Below, piece by piece: positions 9,108 to 19,185 of a stretch of DNA of 64,000 nucleotides. The notes beneath the pieces were generated by a model. It saw only the letters and a list, made by a program, of their open reading frames with translations. It did not search any database and had not been told where the DNA came from. Position numbers and translations under genes: made by a program. Every line of letters starts with the position of its first letter. The stretch's first letter is position 1. Source of the DNA: Opitutales bacterium (GTDB taxonomy: Bacteria; Verrucomicrobiota; Verrucomicrobiia; Opitutales; Coraliomargaritaceae); the NCBI GenBank assembly GCA_049611425.1, contig JBMZAN010000006.1, positions 9,478 to 73,477 on the forward strand. Reading direction: 5' to 3'.

Positions 9108-10567
9108 GTGCGCCAATACGGGTCGCCATCGTCCACTATCACCTCAAGCGTGGCGGCGTTACCCGGGTGATCGAGTCGACGCTAGCTGGGTTCGACTGTC
9201 TATCCAATGCGCCTCAATGCGTCGTACTTGCCGGCGAAGTGCCCAGTGACTGCTCCTTCAAGCACCGCGCCAGAGTGGTCGACGGGCTTCACTATTCGAA
9301 TGCACAGTCCTCCACTCCCGATTCGAAAACCCTGCTCAAACGTATGAGGGCTGCGGCCGAGGAGGCACTGGGTGGCGCCCCCGATATATGGCACATACAT
9401 AATCACGCCCTAGGCAAGAATAGCGCCATGCCCGGTCTTATCGGTGCGCTGGCTCAGTCCGGTGAACCCGCCCTCTTGCACATGCACGACTTTGCAGAAG
9501 ACGGACGCTCGGCGAATTACCGACTCAACCGCGAGCAAGCAGCCTCGGCACGACAGCTCTATCCTGAGACAGAAAGCGTCCACTATGGAGTACTGAACGC
9601 CCGCGACCACGCGATTATCCAAGAAACAGGACTCCCCTCAGACCACCTACACCTGCTGGCAAATCCAGTTGAAGCCGGTCAAGCTCAAGGCCAACCGGAT
9701 GCCAAACCTGTGCTCAATGCGCTCGGGGGCGAACGCCTGCTCCTCTATCCCGTTCGAGCCGTACGACGAAAGAATTTCGGCGAAATGCTACTCTGGTCAG
9801 CCCTTGCCGATGCGGGTCAGGTTTTCGCGACTACGCTCGGTCCAACGAATAAGAATTATCAGGCGGCTTACACGCGTTGGATTCGATTCGCCACTCAGCA
9901 CCAACTCCCCGTCCACTTCGGCATCGGCGAAAAGTACGATTGGTCCTTTGCTCAGATCATGCACGCTGCCGACGCGATCCTGAGCACAAGCATCGCGGAA
10001 GGTTTCGGTCTGGCTTTCCTCGAGCCCTGGCTGTTCGGGAAAACCATCATCGGGCGCGAATTACCTGCCATCACGGCCGACTTTAAAGCCAAGGGTATTC
10101 GATTGGACGGGCTCTATGAGAGCATCCCCATCCCCCGTGACTGGATTGATCTGAAAGCTCTGGAAAGCGCACTCTACTCCGGCCTGACCGAAGTTTATGC
10201 AGCTTACGACCGCCCACTCCCCGGCGATGCAGTCGAACGAGCGCTTGCCGATATCTCCCCAAGCGCAGGCACCATCGATTTCGCAGGTCTGAACGAGCCC
10301 CTTCAGGAAGCGGTCATCGAGCGGGTCATCGAGGACTCCGCCAGCCGTGATGCCCTGCCTGCTCTTAGTGCACCCGCATCCCAAGACCACATACAGAGCA
10401 ATGCCGACATAATCGGCCAAAGCTATGGGCTGAAGCAATACGCTAAGAATTTAGCTCAAATCTACGCCTCGATCGACAACACGGCAAGCAATCCTCGTTA
10501 TATCGATCCGGCGAGGGTGCTCGACGGCTTCCTGCAACCCGAACGCTTCCGACTACTACGCACATGA
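9104..10567 (+). CDS. GT4 glycosyltransferase, mannosylglucosyl-3-phosphoglycerate synthase (MggA)-like
   Basis: HYHLKRGGVTRVI, HNHALGKN, HDFAEDGR, YPVRAVRRKN, TSIAEGFGLAFLEPW; ATGA overlap with gpgS. Confidence 0.75.
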   Translation: MSAPIRVAIVHYHLKRGGVTRVIESTLAGFDCLSNAPQCVVLAGEVPSDCSFKHRARVVDGLHYSNAQSSTPDSKTLLKRMRAAAEEALGGAPDIWHIHNHALGKNSAMPGLIGALAQSGEPALLHMHDFAEDGRSANYRLNREQAASARQLYPETESVHYGVLNARDHAIIQETGLPSDHLHLLANPVEAGQAQGQPDAKPVLNALGGERLLLYPVRAVRRKNFGEMLLWSALADAGQVFATTLGPTNKNYQAAYTRWIRFATQHQLPVHFGIGEKYDWSFAQIMHAADAILSTSIAEGFGLAFLEPWLFGKTIIGRELPAITADFKAKGIRLDGLYESIPIPRDWIDLKALESALYSGLTEVYAAYDRPLPGDAVERALADISPSAGTIDFAGLNEPLQEAVIERVIEDSASRDALPALSAPASQDHIQSNADIIGQSYGLKQYAKNLAQIYASIDNTASNPRYIDPARVLDGFLQPERFRLLRT

Positions 10568-11457
10568 CCGAGTCCAATTGGCTACAATTGATCCTCGACC
10601 GGCAACAAACAGGCCCGGTCGAACTTCCCGACGATGCCGAGCCCCGCCTGTCAAAGCTCGAAGGCGTGCGCGCGGTCATCTTTGATGTCTATGGAACGCT
10701 CTTCAGCTCGGGTGTGGGCGACATAAGCCTTGCCTCGCAAGACGATCGGGATGAGCTCCTTCGCCGGACACTACTTGAAAACGGGATCCAGCCAACCGCA
10801 CTGGCAGATGCGCTCCGCCTGGATGAACAACTTCATGCGCAAATAAGAGTCCATCAGGCGAAACGGAGGGCCGCTGGCATCGAGTATCCGGAGGTCGACA
10901 TACGTCTGGTCTGGGCCGACTTTTTAAATCGGCTCGAGGCACTCGCTTTCATTGAGCCACTTGACGATGTTTCCGTTGAAAAGCTCGTTATCGATTATGA
11001 GACGCGCGTCAATCCGACCCAGGCGATGCCTGGACTTCGGGATGTGCTCAAGGAATTGAAACAACGGGGACTCGTGATGAGTATCATCTCCAACGCACAA
11101 TTTTACACCCCTTTCCTCTTCGAAGCATTCCTCGGGCATACCATCGATGAGCTCGGCTTCTGCCCAGACTGCAACGTGTGGTCCTACGCAGAACTTGAAG
11201 GCAAACCTTCACAAGCACTCTACCGACTGGCGGCACAAAGACTCAATCAACATCAGGGGATCGAGCCAAACGAATGCCTTTATGTGGGGAATGACATGCG
11301 CAACGACATCTGGCCCGCCCAGGCCCTCGGCTTCCATACCGCCCTCTTCGCCGGCGACCGGCTGTCTCTGCGTCGCCGTCAGGACCATCCAGCGTGTAAA
11401 GACCTGCAGGCAGATCTGGAGATCACCGAATTAAGCCAAATCCTGACCTCCATTTAG
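10564..11457 (+). CDS. HAD-superfamily phosphatase (candidate MggB-type mannosylglucosyl-phosphoglycerate phosphatase)
   Basis: FDVYGTL, ISNAQFYT, KPS, YVGNDMRND; ATGA overlap with the upstream glycosyltransferase; substrate inferred from context. Confidence 0.8.
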   Translation: MTESNWLQLILDRQQTGPVELPDDAEPRLSKLEGVRAVIFDVYGTLFSSGVGDISLASQDDRDELLRRTLLENGIQPTALADALRLDEQLHAQIRVHQAKRRAAGIEYPEVDIRLVWADFLNRLEALAFIEPLDDVSVEKLVIDYETRVNPTQAMPGLRDVLKELKQRGLVMSIISNAQFYTPFLFEAFLGHTIDELGFCPDCNVWSYAELEGKPSQALYRLAAQRLNQHQGIEPNECLYVGNDMRNDIWPAQALGFHTALFAGDRLSLRRRQDHPACKDLQADLEITELSQILTSI

Positions 11458-11522
11458 ACCAAAAATAGCCGAAAAACTTCTTGATTCTGCGGCTTCAGAC
11501 GCTTTGCTCTAGCGCTTTTCCC

Positions 11523-11837
11523 ATGAAAGCCACTATCAAAACACAAGGCCGCCAATTTACCGTCACCGAAGGTGATATCCTCAAGGTCAACTCTTTCCCC
11601 GGCACAGCAGCTGGTGATTCTGTCGACATCAACGAGGTGCTTATGATCGGTGAAGGAGCGGATGCTCGCTTCGGCACACCACTCGTTGAGGGTGCTTCCG
11701 TGAAGGCCACCGTCCTCGAAAACAAGAAGGACAAGAAGGTTGTCGTCTTCAAAAAGAAGCGTCGCCAAGGCTACAAAAAGCGCCGTGGCCACCGCCAACA
11801 TCTTTCCGTGATCAAGATCGACTCGATCAACGGTTAA
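11523..11837 (+). CDS. rplU: 50S ribosomal protein L21
   Basis: [14 protein letters not shown]...[16 protein letters not shown]. Confidence 0.97.
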   Translation: MKATIKTQGRQFTVTEGDILKVNSFPGTAAGDSVDINEVLMIGEGADARFGTPLVEGASVKATVLENKKDKKVVVFKKKRRQGYKKRRGHRQHLSVIKIDSING

Positions 11838-11861
11838 TCCTCAACCCGGAGATTTCAGAAA

Positions 11862-12107
11862 ATGTCACACAAAAAAGGACAGGGCACTTCCCGCAATGGT
11901 CGCGACAGTAATTCCAAGCGCCTCGGCGTGAAGAAGTTTGGCGGTGAATCCGTCGTCGCGGGCAACATCATCATGCGCCAGCGTGGCACACGCTACCACC
12001 CGGGAGCAAACGTTGGCATGGGCCGTGACCACACCCTCTTCGCTCTGAAGGACGGCAACGTCGCTTTCGACAAGGCACACCGTAAGATCAACGTCGTCGA
12101 AGCCTGA
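11862..12107 (+). CDS. rpmA: 50S ribosomal protein L27
   Basis: [24 protein letters not shown]. Confidence 0.98.
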   Translation: MSHKKGQGTSRNGRDSNSKRLGVKKFGGESVVAGNIIMRQRGTRYHPGANVGMGRDHTLFALKDGNVAFDKAHRKINVVEA

Positions 12108-12143
12108 GCGAATCGAGCGGCTTTTCCATTCGACAAGACTTTC

Positions 12144-12178
12144 AAAATCCCGCCTCCTTAACGGAGCGGGATTTTTTT
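12144..12178 (+). terminator. Rho-independent terminator after rpmA
   Basis: AAAATCCCGCCTCC-ttaac-GGAGCGGGATTTT hairpin (one bulge) followed by a T-run. Confidence 0.85.
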
Positions 12179-12538
12179 ATGGACCAAAGCGAACTGCTCA
12201 AGGAACTACGTGCCCAGCGCGAGCTGATCCGGAAACACCTGGGATGGATCGGGCGGCAGATCGCCGAGCTGGAAGCGAACATCCGGGCCGAGGGAGGCGA
12301 GGCAGCCGAAGCTGCGTCTCAGACGGAAGAGCCGGCGAAGCATCAGTCCACCCCGACCAAAGAACCGTCGAAAGGCGGTATTCGGCCGGAGGAGGCTTAC
12401 GTTCAAAGCCCCAGAGCCCACCCGCCAGACAAGGGCAACGAAGTCCTGCGTGTAAAAATCGGATGCCTCGTGCTCTTCGTTCTGAGCACAGCACTTTTTC
12501 TCTTCCTGCTTTTCGGACTACCCTACCTGCTGGACTAG
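12179..12538 (+). CDS. Hypothetical protein with N-terminal coiled coil and C-terminal transmembrane helix
   Basis: 119 aa; hydrophobic C-terminus IGCLVLFVLSTALFLFLLFGLPYLL. Confidence 0.7.
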   Translation: MDQSELLKELRAQRELIRKHLGWIGRQIAELEANIRAEGGEAAEAASQTEEPAKHQSTPTKEPSKGGIRPEEAYVQSPRAHPPDKGNEVLRVKIGCLVLFVLSTALFLFLLFGLPYLLD

Positions 12539-12999
12539 TAGCCCTTCTTTTTGAGCACGTCCTGCAACTGGACCTGGAATGCTTCCACGTCCTCCGGCGA
12601 TGGGCGGTATTCCGCATCATCCTCGTCAGGGATAAGGCCCAGCTGTCCGGTCGCACCAAGTTGCCACCCGAGGCTCTTACCATCGCTGAATGTGACCGTG
12701 CCACTGACCAAAGAGCCCGGGCGCATAATGGCATCGACATCCACCACGACGCCGGGCGCAGCAGCTTCATCGAGGACTTCCGCATCTACAGCTTCCGCAG
12801 GCTTCGTCTCATCAGTCGCATCATCCGCTTCATCAGGCTCGACCATTGCGATATCGAGATCATCGACGAGAAAACGAACATCCATGTAAGTCATGGAGAT
12901 CTGAAATTCTTCACGCAAGAGAGCTTGCACATCGGCAAGCGACTGGCCCTCCTGGATCCACGCCGTGACGGCAGATTTTTGGCTATTCGAAAGTTCCAT
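12535..12999 (-). CDS. Hypothetical acidic two-domain protein downstream of dnaA
   Basis: MELSNSQK...LADVQALLREEFQISMTYMDVRFLVDDL, an acidic linker, then a beta-rich C-terminal domain. Confidence 0.8.
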   Translation of the reverse strand: MELSNSQKSAVTAWIQEGQSLADVQALLREEFQISMTYMDVRFLVDDLDIAMVEPDEADDATDETKPAEAVDAEVLDEAAAPGVVVDVDAIMRPGSLVSGTVTFSDGKSLGWQLGATGQLGLIPDEDDAEYRPSPEDVEAFQVQLQDVLKKKGY

Positions 13000-13043
13000 A
13001 AAGGCGTGTAGGCTGGACAAAGCGCACAGCCCGTCAACCTAGA

Positions 13044-14447
13044 TTAAGCCCGGCCACTCGAGAGTTGCTTGATCAAGTAGTCGACACCCCGCTTTAGACT
13101 ACCATCCTGCTCCATCATGTTCTCAACCTGCTTACAGGCATGGATGACAGTGCCGTGGTCACGCCCGCCAAAGGCATCGCCGATCGATTTGAGCGGGTCA
13201 CTGGTCAATGTGCGGCTGATGTACATCGCCACCTGTCGCGGGAAAACAATGCTGCTCGTGCGGCGACGGCCCACCAGTTCACTCAAGCGAATCTGGTAGT
13301 AGTCCGAAACCTTCTTCTGAATCTGCTCAACCGTGATTTTGCTCGCCGCTTCCTCCTGAAGCAGGTCGCCCAATAAACGTTCTACCGAATCCAAATCAAT
13401 CTTTCGATCAACCAGAGCATCGTAACCGGCGATGCGGGTGAGCGCACCCTCCATACGGCGCACATTACGGGAAACGCGCTCTGCCAGGAAATCCATGATC
13501 TCGTCGTCCAATTCGACTTTCATCGCAGCCGCCTTCTTACGTAGAATCGCAACACGCGTTTCATAGTCAGGTGCCTGGATATCGGTCACCAAGCCCCATT
13601 GGAAACGAGAAACGAGACGATTCTCCAGCTTCTCGATCTCGTTGGCCGGACGATCGCTGGCCAGAAAGATCTGACGGCCCGATTCAAAGAGATCGTTAAA
13701 GGTGTGGAAGAACTCTTCCTGCGTGCTTTCTTTACCTGACAGGAAGTGAATGTCGTCGACCAACAGTGCATCCACGTTGCGGTAGAATTTACGGAATTTC
13801 GCCAGCTTGTTCTCGCGAATCGCGTGGATGAACTCGTTGGTAAACTTCTCCGTGGAGACATAGGCAATCCGTGCTGAAGGGTTGTTCAGCAGCATTTGGT
13901 GCGCCACCGCATGCATGAGGTGGGTCTTGCCGAGTCCCGTCTCACCAAAAACGAACAGCGGGTTGTAGGCGCGGCCCGGCGCGTTCGCAACCGCGATGGA
14001 AGCGGCGTGCGCCAGCTGATTGCCTGATCCGACGACAAAGTTGTCGAATGTATTGCTTGGGTTCAGTAAAGAGCGACGGATCGACGGAGATTCCTGAGTG
14101 GAAGTTTCACCTCTGTCCTTGAGGGCCGCTCCTTTAACTCGGTTTTGCACCGGGGAGGTCTCCTGATTCGACTCGCTTGTGGCACGTTTTGCTGCAGCAA
14201 CATCGACGCTTACCTCGACGGGAGCACCAGCGAAACCACGAGCCTGCTGAACGATGACATCGAGAAAGTTATTTTCGATCCAAATCGCGTTAAACTCCGA
14301 TGCCGCATGAAGCACAATCTTCGTGTCTGTCTCTTCAGCGCAGATAAGGTCGCTGAACCACATAGCGTAGATGTCTGCAGGAAAGAGGTCTTTGAGTTGT
14401 TGGTTGACGCTTTCCCAGAGAGATAAGGCGGACGAGTTGGAAGGCAT
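13044..14447 (-). CDS. dnaA: Chromosomal replication initiator DnaA
   Basis: [59 protein letters not shown]. Confidence 0.97.
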   Translation of the reverse strand: MPSNSSALSLWESVNQQLKDLFPADIYAMWFSDLICAEETDTKIVLHAASEFNAIWIENNFLDVIVQQARGFAGAPVEVSVDVAAAKRATSESNQETSPVQNRVKGAALKDRGETSTQESPSIRRSLLNPSNTFDNFVVGSGNQLAHAASIAVANAPGRAYNPLFVFGETGLGKTHLMHAVAHQMLLNNPSARIAYVSTEKFTNEFIHAIRENKLAKFRKFYRNVDALLVDDIHFLSGKESTQEEFFHTFNDLFESGRQIFLASDRPANEIEKLENRLVSRFQWGLVTDIQAPDYETRVAILRKKAAAMKVELDDEIMDFLAERVSRNVRRMEGALTRIAGYDALVDRKIDLDSVERLLGDLLQEEAASKITVEQIQKKVSDYYQIRLSELVGRRRTSSIVFPRQVAMYISRTLTSDPLKSIGDAFGGRDHGTVIHACKQVENMMEQDGSLKRGVDYLIKQLSSGRA

Positions 14448-14945
14448 GGAAATACTTGTATAAGTTAATTATTCACACTGTGCTGTGATCGATCTGTCAC
14501 ACAGATGAAACGGGGCAACTGAAAAGGTCTAAAAAAGAAGCGAGTTTTTGGGCTTAAGCAGGCCTCTGAATTGGGTGTAGATGAAATAAGTTCTTAGGAT
14601 TTAATAATCAATGGCTTATAAATTTTATTCTGATTTTTTTGGACTGTAAAATTCTTGTAAATGCCCGAAAATCGGGCCCTCGGAGTGTCGCGGAAAGGCG
14701 ATGCTCCAAGTAGAAAGCGACAGCCGAAACTGCTTGGCAAGGCCAACTTCTGCACAACTTATTCACAATCCCTAAAGCAATCACTCTTAGGTGATTTTGA
14801 GCTTCTGTATCAGGAGAAGGTGATAGTTTCATTACCCCCTGAAAAAGCGCAGGTTCCGCGATTGGAAGAGGCCCTTTTTTACCTATTTTCAATATCGCTA
14901 TGTCAGTATGCGAAAAAATATAGGCCGCAAAAAAAAATGGTTCGT
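14448..14945. promoter_or_regulatory. AT-rich non-coding region with DnaA boxes (dnaA autoregulatory region or oriC candidate)
   Basis: TTATTCACA at 14469-14477 and 14759-14767; degenerate TTCTGCACA at 14748-14756; very AT-rich core at about 14580-14660. Confidence 0.6.
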
Positions 14946-15040
14946 CGTCCATTCGAGGGGGCATACAGCGCCCCAAGGACCCGGAGCCACGATGACGCGA
15001 TTGCTCGCGCAGGGACGCAGGGGCGCAGAGCGGTGGGTCG

Positions 15041-15353
15041 GGGGCCAGGATGACTCGGCCTGCGGCAAGCCGCAGCCCTACCGTCGTCAGCGAGCGACCG
15101 TGTCCGGCATAGCTCGAGGGAGCGACGACGGACGGCGCGTCCTGTAGCACAGCGGTGACAGCCGCTGTGATTTAGCGTCCCGAAGGGCGGCTCCCTGACT
15201 GTCGTCAGCGAGCTACAAGCGGCGGGGCCAGGATGACTCGGCATGCGGCAAGCCGCAGCCCTACCGTCGTCAGCGAGCTACCGTGTCCGGCATAGCTCGA
15301 GGGAGCGACGACGGACGGCGTGTCCTGTAGCACAGCGGCGACAGCCGCTGTGA
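15041..15353. repeat. Two 130-bp direct repeats (15041-15170 and 15224-15353) built from GTAG-type REP-like hairpins (BIME-like)
   Basis: The copies differ at 4 positions. Each contains GTAG-CACAGCGGY-GACA-GCCGCTGTG (+) and, on the minus strand, GTAG-GG-CTGCGGC-TT-GCCGCA. Confidence 0.9.
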
Positions 15354-15455
15354 ATGGTATGCGTCCGAGCGGCTGATCGGCCTGAAACTGAATCGGTTCA
15401 GAATACTCCGGCAAAGCCCCAAGTCCCCGGAAAATGACGATGAGCCAAAAAGCGC

Positions 15456-16424
15456 CTAATTCGGAGTGCTCATGTGAGCGATCAAACGTTCATTGAATTC
15501 AGTGGCTGAATCGTGACCAATCTTCTTGAGTGCCTGCACCATCGCGGCCACTTCCACCAGCCGCGCCATATCCCGTCCGGGCCGAACCGGAATTTCCATT
15601 GCAGGCACCTTTAGGCCGAGCACTTCGATATTATGGGCTTCGAGGCCTGTGCGCTCCTCATGCATACCATGCGCCCAAATCTTGAATTTAATGACCAAAT
15701 CAATACGCTTCTCCAAGCGCACGGACCGCACTCCGAAGAGCTCTGCAATGTTAATGATGCCCAGACCACGGCACTCCATGTATCCACGGCTCAGTTCGGA
15801 TGATGTACCCATCAGTTCCCGGTCGCTCAGACGTTTCACGTAGGTGAGGTCGTCGGCCACCAGGCTGTGCCCACGCTCAATCAGCGCGAGTGCGCATTCG
15901 CTCTTGCCCACGCCACTCTCACCGCAAATCAGTGTGCCGATACCCTTAATATCGAGCAAAGTGCCGTGTATTTGGGTACGCGGGGCAAACTTCTCCTCCA
16001 GAAGCAAAGTGGCTTCGGTTGTAAAGGTCTTGGACTTGAGTGGCGAACGTATCAGAGGGGTATTATATTCATTCGCCAGATCCTTCAGCGTTTTTGACGG
16101 CGCGAGCTGCCTCGAAACGATCACACAGGGCACCTTGCGCTCAAAGATCTTCTTCATGATGGTTTTTTCCTTGCCTGCGCCCTGCTCACGCAAAAAAGCC
16201 ATCTCGCCGGCCCCCAGAAGCTGTATACGCTTTGCGGCAAAGGCGGTAAAGAAGCCCACCATCGCGAGCGCCGGACGATTCAGACTGCGCTCGCGGATCG
16301 TCTTATCGAGGCCAGCCTCACCAGCCACGAGTTCCATTTGAAGTGGCTCCTTGAAAGACTCGTAGAATTCGCGGACGGTGACCGACTCGACGAATTTTGT
16401 ATTGTTCTTATGCATATCGGCCAT
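15456..16424 (-). CDS. hprK: HPr kinase/phosphorylase
   Basis: [55 protein letters not shown]; GAGGAGGAG Shine-Dalgarno before the ATG at 16424. Confidence 0.95.
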   Translation of the reverse strand: MADMHKNNTKFVESVTVREFYESFKEPLQMELVAGEAGLDKTIRERSLNRPALAMVGFFTAFAAKRIQLLGAGEMAFLREQGAGKEKTIMKKIFERKVPCVIVSRQLAPSKTLKDLANEYNTPLIRSPLKSKTFTTEATLLLEEKFAPRTQIHGTLLDIKGIGTLICGESGVGKSECALALIERGHSLVADDLTYVKRLSDRELMGTSSELSRGYMECRGLGIINIAELFGVRSVRLEKRIDLVIKFKIWAHGMHEERTGLEAHNIEVLGLKVPAMEIPVRPGRDMARLVEVAAMVQALKKIGHDSATEFNERLIAHMSTPN

Positions 16425-16443
16425 CGTCGTTCTCCTCCTCCGC

Positions 16444-17184
16444 TTACATGTTGAAGTCTTCGCCGAGGTAAAACTCCCGGCTTTTCGGATCATTGATCAG
16501 AAAATCGCTACTGCCCTCGCTCAGCACGGAGCCCTCATGCAAGAGATAGGCACGGTCGACGATGCTAAGAGTTTCACGCACATTATGATCTGTGATGAGC
16601 ACACCAATCTTCCGCTCCGCGAGCTGCATGATAATCTTCTGCACCTCACTCACACTGATTGGGTCGACGCCGCTGAATGGTTCGTCCATGAGCAGGAACT
16701 TCGGCTCAGTGACGAGGGCACGTGAAATTTCCAAACGACGACGCTCGCCGCCACTTAGCGTGTAGGCCTTCTGTTTTGCCAGATGCTGAAGCCCCAGCTC
16801 CTCCAGGTGCTTCTGCACGCACTCATCACGCTCAGACTTACTGAGCGGCAAGGTCTCGGCAATCGCACGGATGTTCTGCTCGACCGTCATCTTGCGGAAC
16901 ACGGAAGCTTCTTGCGGTAAATAGCCAATGCCACAGCGCGCACGCCGATGCATGGGAAGTTCAGTCAAATCGTCGTCGTTGAGCAGCACCTGTCCATCTG
17001 TGGCCTGAATAAGACCGACCACCATATAAAAGGTCGTGGTTTTCCCTGCACCATTAGGCCCCAGGAGCCCCACAATCTCCCCAGCACTCACGCTTATATT
17101 GACGCCGTCCACGACGCGTCGCTTGCCAAAATCCCGCACGAGTCCACGGGTTTCAATCTTTGGAGGAACTGGGCTGTCAGACAT
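16444..17184 (-). CDS. lptB: LPS export ABC transporter ATP-binding protein
   Basis: [58 protein letters not shown]. Confidence 0.95.
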   Translation of the reverse strand: MSDSPVPPKIETRGLVRDFGKRRVVDGVNISVSAGEIVGLLGPNGAGKTTTFYMVVGLIQATDGQVLLNDDDLTELPMHRRARCGIGYLPQEASVFRKMTVEQNIRAIAETLPLSKSERDECVQKHLEELGLQHLAKQKAYTLSGGERRRLEISRALVTEPKFLLMDEPFSGVDPISVSEVQKIIMQLAERKIGVLITDHNVRETLSIVDRAYLLHEGSVLSEGSSDFLINDPKSREFYLGEDFNM

Positions 17185-17247
17185 ATTAAAACGAGTCAAT
17201 AGACTCAGTGACGCATCGGCAACGTATTCCTGCAAGATGGTGTCAAA

Positions 17248-19125
17248 TTATTCACTCTTCATTGCCGGCAGTGCCGGTAAGGTGATGCGCGCACGCTCCT
17301 GTTTCGGGCCACCACCTTCGACAATCGCACGACGCTGCCCCTGCAGTAGAGTTATCCGATAGCCGGAGACCCGCCCTCGGTCGTCATTCACAACGGCATG
17401 ATCCTCGAGCACCACTTTGCCTTCTTTCGGTAAAATGTAAGCATGTCTGGCCGTCGCAGTTCGACCCGTTTGACGAATGACCACGTCCTTATGCGCTTCA
17501 ATCCGGTCCAGTTCGAGTTGCTCCGCCAGTCCACTGCCACTGCCGGACCGCTTTTCTACCGCGATGACATCCAAACGCTCGCAAGTTGCTTCCAAATTGG
17601 TTGCGGAGACCTCAACCGCATCACTAAAACGGAAGAGACTTCGCCCAGGCTCTTCGGACATGCGAAGCAACTGACTGCGTATAAGCGTGCTGGCAGGTGG
17701 CACCGTCGATTCTGGCTTGGTTTTCGCGGATGCAGCCGTCGTCGGCATGTAGGTTTCGTATCCCAAATCAGGTAATTCGGGGAGCTCAACGACCACGTCC
17801 ATGTCCCCGTCGCCCTCGACAACAGCGAGTTTGGGCCTGAGTTCCATACGGAAACCAGAAATGACGGCCTCTTCACTACTTACCCGCGGCGATCCGGACA
17901 GGACCGCTCGCTCCTGCGAAGGATAGAATGTAACTCGCTCACCCGTGGCCACCTGACCATCCTGCACAATCCGGATTCCACCTTCCGCTATAATATGACG
18001 CACTTCACCAACTTTAATTTCTGATTCATCAGGCGCGTCAGCCGCCTCAGCAGGCGGAGCAGAGCTGTCGGAGCGGATTGTCATCTTGGCGGCATTCAAG
18101 AGCACCTGCCCGGACATCACCTCGACATTGCCCTCAAAAGTGAATTGCTTCGCGGCCTCGAGTTCCCGCATGGTGATTCTATCCGCGAGCACGATGGTCT
18201 CCTCGCTGAGCGCAGACGCCCCCTGGATCCCGAGACCACCTGTCTCCGTAAGAATCATCTGCGCGCGTCCCTCGCTATCACTCCCCTCGATGATAATTTC
18301 CCCATCCCTGCTGCGCACGATAGCCCCACCGAGATAGGCACCCGGCACATCGATCCGAGGCGTGCCCTGCAGCATGACACGACGCTCGCGAGTCATAAAA
18401 ACAGCTTCTCCGGCAGATACCGTCCGATCGCCCTGAACAAGGACAACGTCCTCGCTTGCGACAAGCTTGGTGACGGAATCCAGCTGGCTCGTCTCCATCT
18501 GAGCAGAATCCTTCTTCTGGCCATCAGGCGCATCCGCATGCACAACGAGTACATGACTCTTCACATCCATGTCACCGGAGACAACATGCACCTCGCCGCT
18601 GAATTCGAAATTGTATTCCTTCTCGGTGGTTTGAAGGACGAGCTGATGACTGCGGATCGTGGTTGATTTTTCAGGCTGATCCGATCCAGCCTCCGTCAAC
18701 CCACCGGAAAATGCCTGACTGAACTCGACAAGTGTGTCCTCCAGAACGAGGATTTCCTTGGTTTCACCGATCCACTCCCAACCGGTGCCGGAGACCTTGA
18801 AGTTCGCACCTTCGATCCGGATCGACTCACTGGAGAAGGCTCTATTTTCCTGCAAGCGAAGAGTCGCTTGCGGACTATCCAGGCTCAGTTCCTTGGCCAT
18901 CCGTTCATCGCCCGTATATGTGCGCAGAGACATCTCTTCGACACGTATTTGCGCCTCACTGTCGTAAATACCCCGTGCACCCTGCAAGACCCACTGCGTG
19001 TAGCCATTTTCGCCAAACCGGGGAAAGCGAAAATCCTTCACCGGCGCACTGGGCGTCATCTGCGCAAATGCCGAGGCGACGCATGCACAGAGCAGAGACA
19101 ATGAAAAGGTTTTCGGGCAGGGCAT
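17248..19125 (-). CDS. LptC-like plus three LptA/OstA-repeat LPS transport protein
   Basis: Signal peptide, three internal beta-jellyroll repeats, immediately upstream of lptB. Confidence 0.75.
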   Translation of the reverse strand: MPCPKTFSLSLLCACVASAFAQMTPSAPVKDFRFPRFGENGYTQWVLQGARGIYDSEAQIRVEEMSLRTYTGDERMAKELSLDSPQATLRLQENRAFSSESIRIEGANFKVSGTGWEWIGETKEILVLEDTLVEFSQAFSGGLTEAGSDQPEKSTTIRSHQLVLQTTEKEYNFEFSGEVHVVSGDMDVKSHVLVVHADAPDGQKKDSAQMETSQLDSVTKLVASEDVVLVQGDRTVSAGEAVFMTRERRVMLQGTPRIDVPGAYLGGAIVRSRDGEIIIEGSDSEGRAQMILTETGGLGIQGASALSEETIVLADRITMRELEAAKQFTFEGNVEVMSGQVLLNAAKMTIRSDSSAPPAEAADAPDESEIKVGEVRHIIAEGGIRIVQDGQVATGERVTFYPSQERAVLSGSPRVSSEEAVISGFRMELRPKLAVVEGDGDMDVVVELPELPDLGYETYMPTTAASAKTKPESTVPPASTLIRSQLLRMSEEPGRSLFRFSDAVEVSATNLEATCERLDVIAVEKRSGSGSGLAEQLELDRIEAHKDVVIRQTGRTATARHAYILPKEGKVVLEDHAVVNDDRGRVSGYRITLLQGQRRAIVEGGGPKQERARITLPALPAMKSE

Positions 19126-19185
19126 GTAGATAAAGAAACCCGGAGCGCTGTCCGGGTTCCAGATGAAAATAAACCGTTTATTAAT

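Noticed and set aside
15041-15353. Possible CRISPR array
   Set aside because: Only two long 130-bp units, no 25-45-bp repeat/spacer periodicity and no cas genes
14608-15414. ORFs 14608-15150, 14661-15053, 14903-15244, 14908-15147 and 15205-15414
   Set aside because: They translate the REP repeats and the AT-rich regulatory region and show no protein-like features
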